64,000 bases of DNA from an uncultured virus (IMG/VR IMGVR_UViG_3300049489_000987) (Duplodnaviria; Heunggongvirae; Uroviricota; Caudoviricetes), in IMG/VR virus record IMGVR_UViG_3300049489_000987; one strand, given 5' to 3'. Shown one piece after another: positions 32,359-41,249 of this stretch (its first letter is position 1; each line of letters starts with the position of its first letter). Below the pieces are notes generated by a model. It made no database searches. It was not told the DNA's origin and was given only the letters and a program-made list of their open reading frames with translations. A program made the position numbers and the translations under genes.

Positions 32359-32386
32359 TTGACAGACTGTTGGCTTGTACTATGAT
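32359..32386 (+). promoter_or_regulatory. sigma70-type promoter
   Basis: TTGACA-16 nt-TATGAT upstream of 32410 ORF with GGAG RBS. Confidence 0.55.
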
Positions 32387-32409
32387 GTCCCCTTCTAACG
32401 GAGCTTATT

Positions 32410-32601
32410 ATGCCTACCTATTTATACTATTGCGAAGTACATGGTGAGTTTGAGACTGATCATTCTATTAAAGACTTGTTAACCACTTGTCCCTTATGCA
32501 AAGAACAAAATTTAGATCCTAAGCCTGTAAAAAGGCTCATTTCTAAATCTACTAATTTTGTACTAACTGGATCCTGCTGGGCAAAAGATAATTACCGCTA
32601 A
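32410..32601 (+). CDS. FmdB-family zinc-ribbon protein
   Basis: MPTYLYYC..HGEFE...CPLC...KRLIS...F...GSCW. Confidence 0.8.
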   Translation: MPTYLYYCEVHGEFETDHSIKDLLTTCPLCKEQNLDPKPVKRLISKSTNFVLTGSCWAKDNYR

Positions 32602-32640
32602 ACACCTGTTTTTATTGGGTTTTTTAGCGGTAATTTTTTA
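32590..32640 (+). terminator. rho-independent terminator
   Basis: aattaccgctaaa / tttagcggtaatt 13-bp stem followed by a T run. Confidence 0.6.
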
Positions 32641-32697
32641 TCTTTTTTCTAGCTATAATAGAATATTATCTTACACCAAGTGAAAGGTTAGTCCAAA

Positions 32698-33354
32698 ATG
32701 TTAACAATTGAAAAGTCCCAAGAACTAATTGGGACGCTACTACATCTGCGTCTAAAAGCAGTAAATAACCAGCAAGTTATTAAAGAAAAAAACAAATTTG
32801 AAAGAGAATGTATTAAGCACTTTGAGTATTTAGTTACATCTAAATTATCTAAGTATAAACAATTCTCAAACTATGATGATTTATATCAAGAAGGAATGGT
32901 TGCTTTAGTTTCTGCTATGAAAACATATGACCCAACTACGGGTGGTTTGTTTTTCTGGTGGGCTCATAAATATATTGATACTCGTATCTCAAGATGCGCT
33001 AATCAACATACTACAATTAGAGTTCCTTTACATGAAGCAACTAAAAATACTCCACATAAAGTATCGTTAGATTGTGTAAAACAATTTACATCAAAAATGC
33101 AAAAGTCTGAATCATTTGTATTCAGTGGTACGCCAGAAAATGCTTATGAAACAAAAGAGTTTTATACTAATTTAAATAAAGCTTGTAAGCATTTATCTGA
33201 TAGGCAAAAAAATATACTTTTTCATCATTTTGGGTTTAGTGATGAAAAGTTTACTCACATAGATATGTGCAAAAAATTAAACATAACTCGCAGTAAGTAT
33301 AATCATGAATTGAAAGATGCTATTTCAATTTCAAGAAGGTTTTTAATAGGTTGA
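32698..33354 (+). CDS. phage sigma70-family sigma factor
   Basis: Region 2 DDLYQEGMVALVSAMKTYDP...FFWWAHKYI; region 4 LSDRQKNIL...helix-turn-helix. Confidence 0.8.
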   Translation: MLTIEKSQELIGTLLHLRLKAVNNQQVIKEKNKFERECIKHFEYLVTSKLSKYKQFSNYDDLYQEGMVALVSAMKTYDPTTGGLFFWWAHKYIDTRISRCANQHTTIRVPLHEATKNTPHKVSLDCVKQFTSKMQKSESFVFSGTPENAYETKEFYTNLNKACKHLSDRQKNILFHHFGFSDEKFTHIDMCKKLNITRSKYNHELKDAISISRRFLIG

Positions 33355-33365
33355 ACAGGAAAAAT

Positions 33366-36300
33366 ATGAAAAGAGATGCTTTTAGTGATGAAATTTGGGA
33401 TGTAACTTATCGTGCCCCTGGTGAATTATCACCCATAGATACTCAAAATCGCCTCGCTACGGCTTGCGCAGAGATTGAAGACCCTAAGATTCGAGAGCAG
33501 GTTAAAAACGATTTCCTGTGGCTTCTATCGGATTTTAAATCTTCTTCGGGAGGTAGAATTACTGCTAATTTAGGTGTTGGTGGAAGAAAATCTACCACCC
33601 TTATGAATTGTTACGTTTGGAATGCTAAAGACATTAATTTTCATGATCCTGATTCTATAGATGGTATCTATGAGATTCTAAAACGACAAGCCCTTACTTT
33701 AAAATCTGAAGGAGGTTATGGTATTAACTTTTCTTTCATTAGACCTAATGGAACTTATGTTTCAGGCATTGGTGGAAGAACTCCTGGTGTATTGAAGTTC
33801 ATGGAGCTATGGGATAAATCTTCTGAAATTATTACTATGGGATCTGAGAAGATTCATGGTAAACGAAAAGATAATGAAAAGAAGAAGATTCGTAAGGGGG
33901 CACAAATGTCTGTTCTGGAAATAACCCATCCTGAAATTTTAGACTTTATTGATGCCAAATTAACTGAAAATAGATTTAATAAGTTTAATTTATCAGTAGG
34001 CATCACTAAAGGCTTTATGCAAGCCGTTATAAATGATGAAGATTGGAATCTTGAATTTCCTGATACTGAATGCGAACAGTATGCAGATACTTGGCAGGGC
34101 GATCTAAGTGATTGGAAAAGCAAAAATCTTCCAGTAGTTATTTATCAAACCGTTAAGGCTAAGTTTATCTGGGATAAGATTTTACATGCTACCTATACTA
34201 GAAATGACCCTGGTGTATTATTTCTAGATGTTGCAAACGAAAATAATGCGCTTTCTTATGCTGAAAATATTGTCACTACTAATCCTTGTTTTCATGCTGA
34301 TACTTTAATTGCCGTCGCAGATGGAAGAAATGCAGTGACAATTAAACAATTAGCTGATGAAGGTAAAGATGTATCTGTTTATTCAGTTGATCCTGAAACT
34401 GGTAAAATTAGTATTAAATGGGGTCGTAATCCAAGAATAACTGGGTATGATAAGGGGCTTATTAGAGTTACTCTTGATGATAATTCACATCTTGATGTAA
34501 CTCCTAATCATAAGTTTATTTTATTAGACGGAACAACTAAGGAAGCTAAAGACCTTGTTTCAGGTGATAGTCTTCCGAGGTTCAAAAAAAAGGAAGAGCC
34601 AGTAGTAAAGGGTAAAAAACCTTATTACATGATTTATGGAAATGTTAAAGATTATAAAAAAGACAGAATTTTCGAGCACCGTTTAATAGCTAAATTCTAT
34701 TTTGATGAAGAGTGGAATAATCTTTATACAAATCTAAAGAGTAATGGTTTTTCTAAAACTGGTGGCTTAGTAATTCACCATAAAGATTACAACCAGTTAA
34801 ATAATTCCCCTGATAATTTGCAGATAATGTCGTTCTCAGATCATTCAAAACTTCATGGAAGCATTGATCAGGCAGGAGAGAAAAATGGAAGATATATTGA
34901 TATCTCAAATGAAGACCTTATTCTTAAAGCAAAGGAATTAACTAAGTCTTTTGGAAGAAGAGTAAGTAATTCAGAATGGAGAGATTTTGCTTCTAAGAAC
35001 AATCTTCCACAAAAATTCTCAAATCATAGAAGCTCTAAAATTGGAAGTGTTTCTCAAATGCTTGAATCTTGTGCAATAGATCTTGGATTTGAGTACGTAA
35101 ATGTAGATACAAGATTACAAGAAACTTGCAAAAAACTTCTTGCTCAGGGTTATGATGCATTTATTTCAGGCAATCAAGTCTTAATTAAAAGGAAATGTGA
35201 ACTTTGTTCAAAAGAAATGATTTCTGCTACTAGGGAAGTTTCGATTTGTATGGATTGTGTTAGTAAAGGTCTTGGAGGTAAGATTTACTTTGATAAGAAA
35301 TCCGAAAGTAACAAACAGCTTCAGGCAAAAACATTTTCAGCTCTTAAATTCAATCTAGGTAGAGAGCCAATGAGAAAAGAATGGGAAGCTGAGTGTAAAA
35401 AACTTGAAATTCCATTTAGATTAGGCTCACAAAGAGCATTTCAATCCTACAAAGAAGTTAAAGTAGCAGGAAACAACTATAATCATAAGGTTTCCAAAAT
35501 TGAAAAGCTTGAAGGTAAGCACACTGTTTACAATATAACTGTAGATGATAATCATAATTTAGCAGTGATTACTGATGTAGGCAAGAGTAGTCAGACAGGG
35601 GTATTTGTAGCCAATTGTGGGGAGGTCCTCATGAGTTGCGGAATTTGCCTATTATATAGCTTAAATTTAGCTAAATTCGTGAAGCCGGTCACCAATGTCA
35701 TAGCTAATTATAAATCAAAGTTTGAATTTGATTACGCAGAATTTGCGCGAGCAGTAAAGATAGCGGTAAGGTTCTCAGACAATATAAATGACATATCTAA
35801 TGTCCCTCTAGATGAATATAAAAAATCAATGTTAGAGAAACGAAGAATAGGGCTAGGTGTACTAGGTTTAGGTTCTCTTCATTATATATTAGGAATTAGA
35901 TTTGGGTCAAAAGAATCATCAGAACTAATTTCTAAGATCTTTAAATTAAAAGCAGAGACAGAAATATTAGCTTCATGTGAATTAGGAAAAGAAAAGGGTA
36001 ATTTTCCTCTGTTTGATAAAGATAAATACTTCTCAACTAATTGGTGGAAGAATTTACCAATATCAAATGAAGTAAAAGAAAAAGTAGAAGCAATAGGATG
36101 TATGAGGAATTCTCATAGATCAGCAAATGCACCTACTGGTAATATGGGTATCTATCTTGATAATGTATCTGGAGGAATTGAGCCTGTAATCTTTAAATCA
36201 TCTAATCGTTGGGCAATTGTACCTGAAGCAAGTAGATATGAATTAAGACAAGCAGGATTCTTGTTCCCTGATGTATCTAAAGGAGAATGGTTTGAGACAG

Positions 36301-37271
36301 AGCATGTTAAATTTGAGTTAGCAGGAAAAGATACTGTACTTAAAGGTGAGTTTGAAGGAAATAAATATCAAGTAGATCGAAATAGGGGGTTGACAAAACA
36401 ATATTCATCCAAAGATTATGGATTAAGATTTGTTGAGGAGAATTATTCTCCTGAAGAAATTGATCAAATGGAAAAGGATGGTGTTTTTGCGACAACTAAT
36501 GATTTAACTGTTGAAGAACATATTGCTTCACTTAAAGCATTATCTCCTTTTGTAGATATGAATTCCAGTAAGACAATAAATATTCCTGAAGATTATTCAT
36601 ATGAAGCATTTAAGAATGTATATATGGATGCTTATAAAGCAGGAATTAAGGGAATTACAACATATCGAGCAAATACAATGGCATGTGTTATTGAAGATGC
36701 AGATAAGGTCAAGATAAAAGAAAGTGTTAGACCAGAAAAAATCACTCATACCTTTGCACCTAAACGTCCTACAGTATTAGAATGTGAAATACATCAACCT
36801 ACAGTAAAAGGAAATAAATGGGTTGTATTAGTGGGTAAGTTAGATAATAAGCCTTATGAGATTTTTGCAGGTTTAAGTACAATGTTATCTTTGCCTAATA
36901 AATGTACAAAAGGAAAAATAGTTAAAAAAGGTAAGGGAGTATATGATTTACATGTAGATGTCAATGGAGAAGATTTAATTATTAAAGATGTAATTAAGAC
37001 ATTTGACAATGCAGAATCTTCATGGGCAACTAGGATATTATCAATGTCATTAAGGCATGGTGTACCATCTGACTTTATTGTAGAACAATTAGGAAGAGAT
37101 GGTGGCATTGGTGATATAAATAGGGTATTGAGTAGGATTTTAAAGAAGTACATAGCTGAAGGCGCTTCAGTAAGAACAAGTAATAAGTGTGATTCATGTG
37201 GAAATAACACTTTGGTTTATTCTGAAGGATGTATGATGTGTACTTCATGTGGATATAGTAAATGTAATTAG
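33366..37271 (+). CDS. nrdJ: class II (adenosylcobalamin) ribonucleotide reductase with intein
   Basis: GGRI, LMNC, GGYG, TNP[intein]CGE, RRIGLG, APTG, KGITTYR; C-terminal zinc ribbon ending CTSCGYSKC; ATG start with AGGA RBS (track uses TTG 33351). Confidence 0.9.
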   Translation: MKRDAFSDEIWDVTYRAPGELSPIDTQNRLATACAEIEDPKIREQVKNDFLWLLSDFKSSSGGRITANLGVGGRKSTTLMNCYVWNAKDINFHDPDSIDGIYEILKRQALTLKSEGGYGINFSFIRPNGTYVSGIGGRTPGVLKFMELWDKSSEIITMGSEKIHGKRKDNEKKKIRKGAQMSVLEITHPEILDFIDAKLTENRFNKFNLSVGITKGFMQAVINDEDWNLEFPDTECEQYADTWQGDLSDWKSKNLPVVIYQTVKAKFIWDKILHATYTRNDPGVLFLDVANENNALSYAENIVTTNPCFHADTLIAVADGRNAVTIKQLADEGKDVSVYSVDPETGKISIKWGRNPRITGYDKGLIRVTLDDNSHLDVTPNHKFILLDGTTKEAKDLVSGDSLPRFKKKEEPVVKGKKPYYMIYGNVKDYKKDRIFEHRLIAKFYFDEEWNNLYTNLKSNGFSKTGGLVIHHKDYNQLNNSPDNLQIMSFSDHSKLHGSIDQAGEKNGRYIDISNEDLILKAKELTKSFGRRVSNSEWRDFASKNNLPQKFSNHRSSKIGSVSQMLESCAIDLGFEYVNVDTRLQETCKKLLAQGYDAFISGNQVLIKRKCELCSKEMISATREVSICMDCVSKGLGGKIYFDKKSESNKQLQAKTFSALKFNLGREPMRKEWEAECKKLEIPFRLGSQRAFQSYKEVKVAGNNYNHKVSKIEKLEGKHTVYNITVDDNHNLAVITDVGKSSQTGVFVANCGEVLMSCGICLLYSLNLAKFVKPVTNVIANYKSKFEFDYAEFARAVKIAVRFSDNINDISNVPLDEYKKSMLEKRRIGLGVLGLGSLHYILGIRFGSKESSELISKIFKLKAETEILASCELGKEKGNFPLFDKDKYFSTNWWKNLPISNEVKEKVEAIGCMRNSHRSANAPTGNMGIYLDNVSGGIEPVIFKSSNRWAIVPEASRYELRQAGFLFPDVSKGEWFETEHVKFELAGKDTVLKGEFEGNKYQVDRNRGLTKQYSSKDYGLRFVEENYSPEEIDQMEKDGVFATTNDLTVEEHIASLKALSPFVDMNSSKTINIPEDYSYEAFKNVYMDAYKAGIKGITTYRANTMACVIEDADKVKIKESVRPEKITHTFAPKRPTVLECEIHQPTVKGNKWVVLVGKLDNKPYEIFAGLSTMLSLPNKCTKGKIVKKGKGVYDLHVDVNGEDLIIKDVIKTFDNAESSWATRILSMSLRHGVPSDFIVEQLGRDGGIGDINRVLSRILKKYIAEGASVRTSNKCDSCGNNTLVYSEGCMMCTSCGYSKCN
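34287..35615 (+). mobile_element. intein (443 aa) with HNH-type endonuclease in RNR
   Basis: Starts CFHADT after TNP; block B VTPNHKF; EHRL...HHKDYNQLNNSPDNL HNH; block F VYNITVDDNHN; ends FVAN before +1 Cys of CGE. Confidence 0.9.
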
Positions 37272-37280
37272 GAGAAGAAG

Positions 37281-37532
37281 ATGGATCTTAAAAAAGAAAT
37301 GAAATTATCAGAAGAAGATAAGAAGAAGATTGAATTAGCAACTGAAGAAGTAAATAAAGCTTCATTAGTAGCAGAAACAGCAAAGTCTAAATTAGAATTA
37401 GCTGATTCTAAACGTCAATATATGGTTTTAGATATTTATTATCGTTATGGATTAAGTCCTGAGGATCAAATTGATCAAGAAGGTAATATTACTAGGACAG
37501 AAGTAAAGGAAGAAGTTAAGGATGAGTCATAA
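37281..37532 (+). CDS. hypothetical coiled-coil protein
   Basis: 83 aa, AGGAG RBS. Confidence 0.6.
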   Translation: MDLKKEMKLSEEDKKKIELATEEVNKASLVAETAKSKLELADSKRQYMVLDIYYRYGLSPEDQIDQEGNITRTEVKEEVKDES

Positions 37533-37734
37533 GGAAATTGCTGATTTAATCAGCATAAGTAATTACTTATCAGCAGTAAGTAATGGTTTTTTGGGCAGAC
37601 CAGATCAAGTAAGTGATTTACTAAAGCAAAAGAAAAGGATTGACGAACTAATTTGCGATGAAGTAATTAAGCTTGATCTTAATAAGACTGAAGAAAAAGT
37701 AGAGAAACCCATTAAATCAGCCTTGAAGAAGTGA
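37522..37734 (+). CDS. hypothetical protein
   Basis: 70 aa, overlaps upstream gene. Confidence 0.55.
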   Translation: MSHKEIADLISISNYLSAVSNGFLGRPDQVSDLLKQKKRIDELICDEVIKLDLNKTEEKVEKPIKSALKK

Positions 37735-37740
37735 TATATA

Positions 37741-37762
37741 GCCGAGAGCAATCTCGGCTTTT
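37741..37762 (+). terminator. rho-independent terminator
   Basis: gccgaga-gcaa-tctcggc followed by tttt. Confidence 0.7.
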
Positions 37763-37778
37763 GTCATTTTGAGGCATT

Positions 37779-37946
37779 ATGAAAATTACATTTAAAGACA
37801 GGTCATCTATTAAGGTAGAAAAGATAGATGGTAAAACAATGATAAGTATTCAGGCTATTTTAATAGAAAATGGTATAAATAAAATTATAACAAATTCTTG
37901 TTTCTTAAATGAAGAACAAATTAAATTAATTAAGGAGGCATTATGA
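37779..37946 (+). CDS. small hypothetical protein (55 aa, not in ORF track)
   Basis: MKITFKDRSSIKVEK...IKEAL*; GAGG RBS; ATGA overlap with next gene. Confidence 0.6.
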   Translation: MKITFKDRSSIKVEKIDGKTMISIQAILIENGINKIITNSCFLNEEQIKLIKEAL

Positions 37947-38164
37947 ATTGTCCTATATGTAATTATCCTTCAATGATATCAGGAAATTATCTAGGAATAT
38001 ATGCAGATGGTTGCAAATGTGATGGATGCGGATATGTTAATGAGGTTAGAAGAAAAGAATTACAGGAAAAAGTAAAAAAGGCTCATGAAGAAACAAAAAT
38101 GTATAAAGAAGATATCTTAAAAAGAACAAGCAAGTTAAAGAAGCCATTTCGCTTAATAAAGTAG
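37943..38164 (+). CDS. small zinc-ribbon protein
   Basis: MNCPIC...CDGCG; GGAGG RBS. Confidence 0.6.
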   Translation: MNCPICNYPSMISGNYLGIYADGCKCDGCGYVNEVRRKELQEKVKKAHEETKMYKEDILKRTSKLKKPFRLIK

Positions 38165-38183
38165 TATATAGGCAAAGGTAAGT

Positions 38184-38558
38184 TTGGAAAATACAATCTT
38201 ATTAGATGCTTACGAGAATACTCGTGAGATAGAAGAAGAGGAAAAGTATGCTTTTCTTCGTTCTATATTAGTATCAATGGAATTAGATATTGAGGCGTTT
38301 TGGAAGCAAGACCATTTTAAATTAGACATTGAAGAAAAAATAAAGTTGAGAGAATTATTAAAAGCTTATTCTATCCAGGTATATGACTACTTGGATGGAG
38401 AGATGCAAGTTTATTTGGAGGAAGAGCTAATTGGAAGTTGGGATAAACCTACTTATATCTTAAAGAAAGACTTAAGGAAAAGAGATCCTAAAAAACAATT
38501 ATATTTAGAAATGAAAACCCATACTTGGAGTATTTTTCAAAATGAAGTACATTCTTGA
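38184..38558 (+). CDS. hypothetical protein
   Basis: 124-aa acidic ORF, TTG start with AAGG upstream. Confidence 0.55.
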   Translation: MENTILLDAYENTREIEEEEKYAFLRSILVSMELDIEAFWKQDHFKLDIEEKIKLRELLKAYSIQVYDYLDGEMQVYLEEELIGSWDKPTYILKKDLRKRDPKKQLYLEMKTHTWSIFQNEVHS

Positions 38559-40545
38559 CACTTCTGTTTTAGTTGACGATCCTAATGCTATTTATCGTTT
38601 TACAAACAGCGAAGTAATCATACCAATTGTTGTATTAGAAGAATTAGATAAATTAAAGAAACATGCAGGTGAAGCTGGTAAGAATGCTAGAGTTGCTATT
38701 AAATTATTAGATGAATTATCTTTTAATAAAGACTTTAAAGGCATTCAATTAAAAGATGGAATTACATTATCAGTTTTAATAGATCCTAAGACTAAAGAAT
38801 ATGGTGATAATAGAATCTTAGATGTTGCCAAGTCTCTTAAAAAAGAATGTACGATTGTATCCAATGACTTTAATTTAAGGATTAGAGCTAGGGCATTAGG
38901 AATGAAGGCTGAGTCATATCAGTCAACGTCAAATGCTACTTATGGTGTTTATTTAGGTATGAGGGAATGGAATGATCCTTCATTGGCAGCTGAATTAAAT
39001 GCAAAGACATATATAGAAGCATCTGAAGTAAAAGATGCTCATGAAAATGAATTTATTATATTTGATGCTAATACGATTGGCAGGAAAACAAAAGATAAGA
39101 TTAAATTAGTTAATAGAAAATATCCTTGGGGATTAACACCAAGGTCAATAGAGCAAACTTGTGCTATTGATTTGTTAATGGATCCTGATATTAAGTTAGT
39201 AACATTGATCGGCAAAGCAGGATCAGGTAAGTCATTAATTTCATTAGCAGCTGCATTAGAGCAGACAGTAAATAAGAAAGAATATACAAAATCTATTGTT
39301 TATCGTTTAGCGCAAGCTGTTGGTAGTGATTTAGGGTTTTTGCCTGGTCCACAGCCATTAGATGCAAAGATAGCTACTCCAAATGGCTGGACAACCATGG
39401 GAGAATTATCAGTGGGTTCTAAAGTTATTAGTAGAGATGGTAAACCTACGAATGTACTAGGTATTTTCCCTAAAGGAACAAAGTCAGTATATAAAGTAAC
39501 GACTACTGATGGGACTTCTACAGAATGTTGCGAAGATCATTTATGGTATACATTTACTGCCAATAGTAAAGGATCTATTAAATCTACTAAAGAAATAATT
39601 GATACTTTATTAGTTGATGGCAATGTAAATCATTTCTTGCCTAGAAATGAGCCTGTTGAGTATAATGAGCAAGAAGCATTAACTGATCCATATTTATTTG
39701 GAAAAAATTGTTATGATAAATACACATTGTACTTTGTTGAACCATTTGTTCCTGATAATTATAAATTCAATTCTATAAAAAATAGAATGGAATTTTTAAA
39801 AGGGTTTATAGATGTACATGGCTCCATTAGCGATGATGGTGAAATTATATTTACAACAATATTAAAACATATTGGGCAAGATGTAATAGACATTATTCGT
39901 TCACTTGGAGGTACAGCTAAGAGAGTTAATAGTGATATTATAGCTAGATTACCTGACAGGCTAATTGGTGCGTTTGTTCAAAATCTTAAAGAGACTTGTT
40001 TGGATTTATGTGGTATTAAGTCAATTGAGTATGTTGGAGAGAAAGAAGTTCAATGTATTAAAGTTGATAATGAAGAACATTTATATTTAACAAATGATTT
40101 CATTGTAACTCATAATACTAAACAAGAAAAATTGGAGCCTTGGTTTCAAGCTATTTATGATTCATTTGAAGTTCTTTTGTCTAAAGGAAAGTCTACTGAG
40201 TGGAGAAAACAGTTAGACTATTTTGTTGAAAAGAAACAATGTATTGAGTTAGATGCTATTACATATATTAGAGGAAGAAGTATGCCCAATTCATTTATTT
40301 TATTAGATGAAGCACAAAATTCTTCTAAAGATGAAATAAAAACATTATTAACAAGAGCAGGAGCTGGCACTAAAATAGTATTAACTGGAGATATTGAACA
40401 AATCGACAGATCTGATTTAGATGCTTTGAATAATGGTATCACTCATGTTATAGATAAGTTTAAGGATTCATCTCTAGCTGGACATATCACCTTATTAAAA
40501 GGAGAACGTTCAGAGCTAGCAAATGAAGCCGCAAATATCTTGTAA
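38542..40545 (+). CDS. phoH: PIN-PhoH fusion protein with intein
   Basis: PIN LDTSVL...ELDKLK...DNRIL...SND; PhoH GKAGSGKS, LGFLPG, YIRGRS, DEAQN, LTGDIEQID. Confidence 0.9.
   Translation: MKYILDTSVLVDDPNAIYRFTNSEVIIPIVVLEELDKLKKHAGEAGKNARVAIKLLDELSFNKDFKGIQLKDGITLSVLIDPKTKEYGDNRILDVAKSLKKECTIVSNDFNLRIRARALGMKAESYQSTSNATYGVYLGMREWNDPSLAAELNAKTYIEASEVKDAHENEFIIFDANTIGRKTKDKIKLVNRKYPWGLTPRSIEQTCAIDLLMDPDIKLVTLIGKAGSGKSLISLAAALEQTVNKKEYTKSIVYRLAQAVGSDLGFLPGPQPLDAKIATPNGWTTMGELSVGSKVISRDGKPTNVLGIFPKGTKSVYKVTTTDGTSTECCEDHLWYTFTANSKGSIKSTKEIIDTLLVDGNVNHFLPRNEPVEYNEQEALTDPYLFGKNCYDKYTLYFVEPFVPDNYKFNSIKNRMEFLKGFIDVHGSISDDGEIIFTTILKHIGQDVIDIIRSLGGTAKRVNSDIIARLPDRLIGAFVQNLKETCLDLCGIKSIEYVGEKEVQCIKVDNEEHLYLTNDFIVTHNTKQEKLEPWFQAIYDSFEVLLSKGKSTEWRKQLDYFVEKKQCIELDAITYIRGRSMPNSFILLDEAQNSSKDEIKTLLTRAGAGTKIVLTGDIEQIDRSDLDALNNGITHVIDKFKDSSLAGHITLLKGERSELANEAANIL
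39349..40116 (+). mobile_element. class 3 intein (256 aa) in PhoH
   Basis: Inserted GFLPG|T; begins PQPLDAK; DHLW, VQCIKV, IVTHN; LAGLIDADG-like remnant FLKGFIDVHG. Confidence 0.85.
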
Positions 40546-40554
40546 AAGATAGAT

Positions 40555-40626
40555 CGGAATATAGGACAGCGGTAGTCCGTTAGCTTTGGGAGCTAAAAGT
40601 CGTTGGTTCGATCCCAACTATTCCGA
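40555..40626 (+). tRNA. tRNA-Pro (UGG)
   Basis: Cloverleaf: acceptor CGGAATA/TATTCCG, D stem GGAC/GTCC, anticodon stem TTAGC/GCTAA with loop TT-TGG-GA, T stem GTTGG/CCAAC with TTCGATC; CCA not encoded. Confidence 0.92.
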
Positions 40627-40684
40627 CAAAGTTTTATTAGTATTTAGCTACTACATAACAATAAAGCGCTACTATTTAATCTGC

Positions 40685-40723
40685 ATAATAATAACTTCAC
40701 CTTGGTAAAAATATGGCAGATGT
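40685..40723 (+). repeat. 39-nt leader/start repeat, copy 1
   Basis: 34/39 identical to 43187..43225; includes ATG GCA GAT GT. Confidence 0.8.
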
Positions 40724-41249
40724 AAATGTAGCTGTAAATGCAATAAGAGAAGCAGTAGTTGCTATCGAAACAGAATTAGGTATAGCACCAAGCGCTATTT
40801 ATCCTGATGTTCGTACTCGATTAGACGCTATAGAAGCCAAAGCAGATGCTCTTGGCACACCTAATGTTACTTATAATTATGAACAAACTCCAATATCAGT
40901 AGTTGCTTCTGGTTTGGGTGGTTGGATTGATCTTTTATTAATACCTGGACCAACATCTGTTGATAAATTGGCAATAACGGATATACATGCTACAGTGCGA
41001 AATCCATCTGCTGAAACATTAGATTCATATAAATTAAATGTTGATTGGTATTTTGAATCTTCTACAACTACAGTAATGCCTAATAATTTAGTTCCTTATT
41101 TTATTTCAAATAACATTCCTTCAAATAAATTAAGAATATTAGTACTACCAAATACTACAGTAATTAAAGTCCAAGGTTTACAGCAAGCTGCTGGTGGTGA
41201 TACGGTTATATTTTCTGTTTCAGCAAATGTAGTAATGAGGACAATATAA
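40713..41249 (+). CDS. putative fibre/adaptor structural protein
   Basis: N-terminal coiled coil NAIREAVVAIETELG...VRTRLDAIE then beta-rich domain. Confidence 0.5.
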   Translation: MADVNVAVNAIREAVVAIETELGIAPSAIYPDVRTRLDAIEAKADALGTPNVTYNYEQTPISVVASGLGGWIDLLLIPGPTSVDKLAITDIHATVRNPSAETLDSYKLNVDWYFESSTTTVMPNNLVPYFISNNIPSNKLRILVLPNTTVIKVQGLQQAAGGDTVIFSVSANVVMRTI

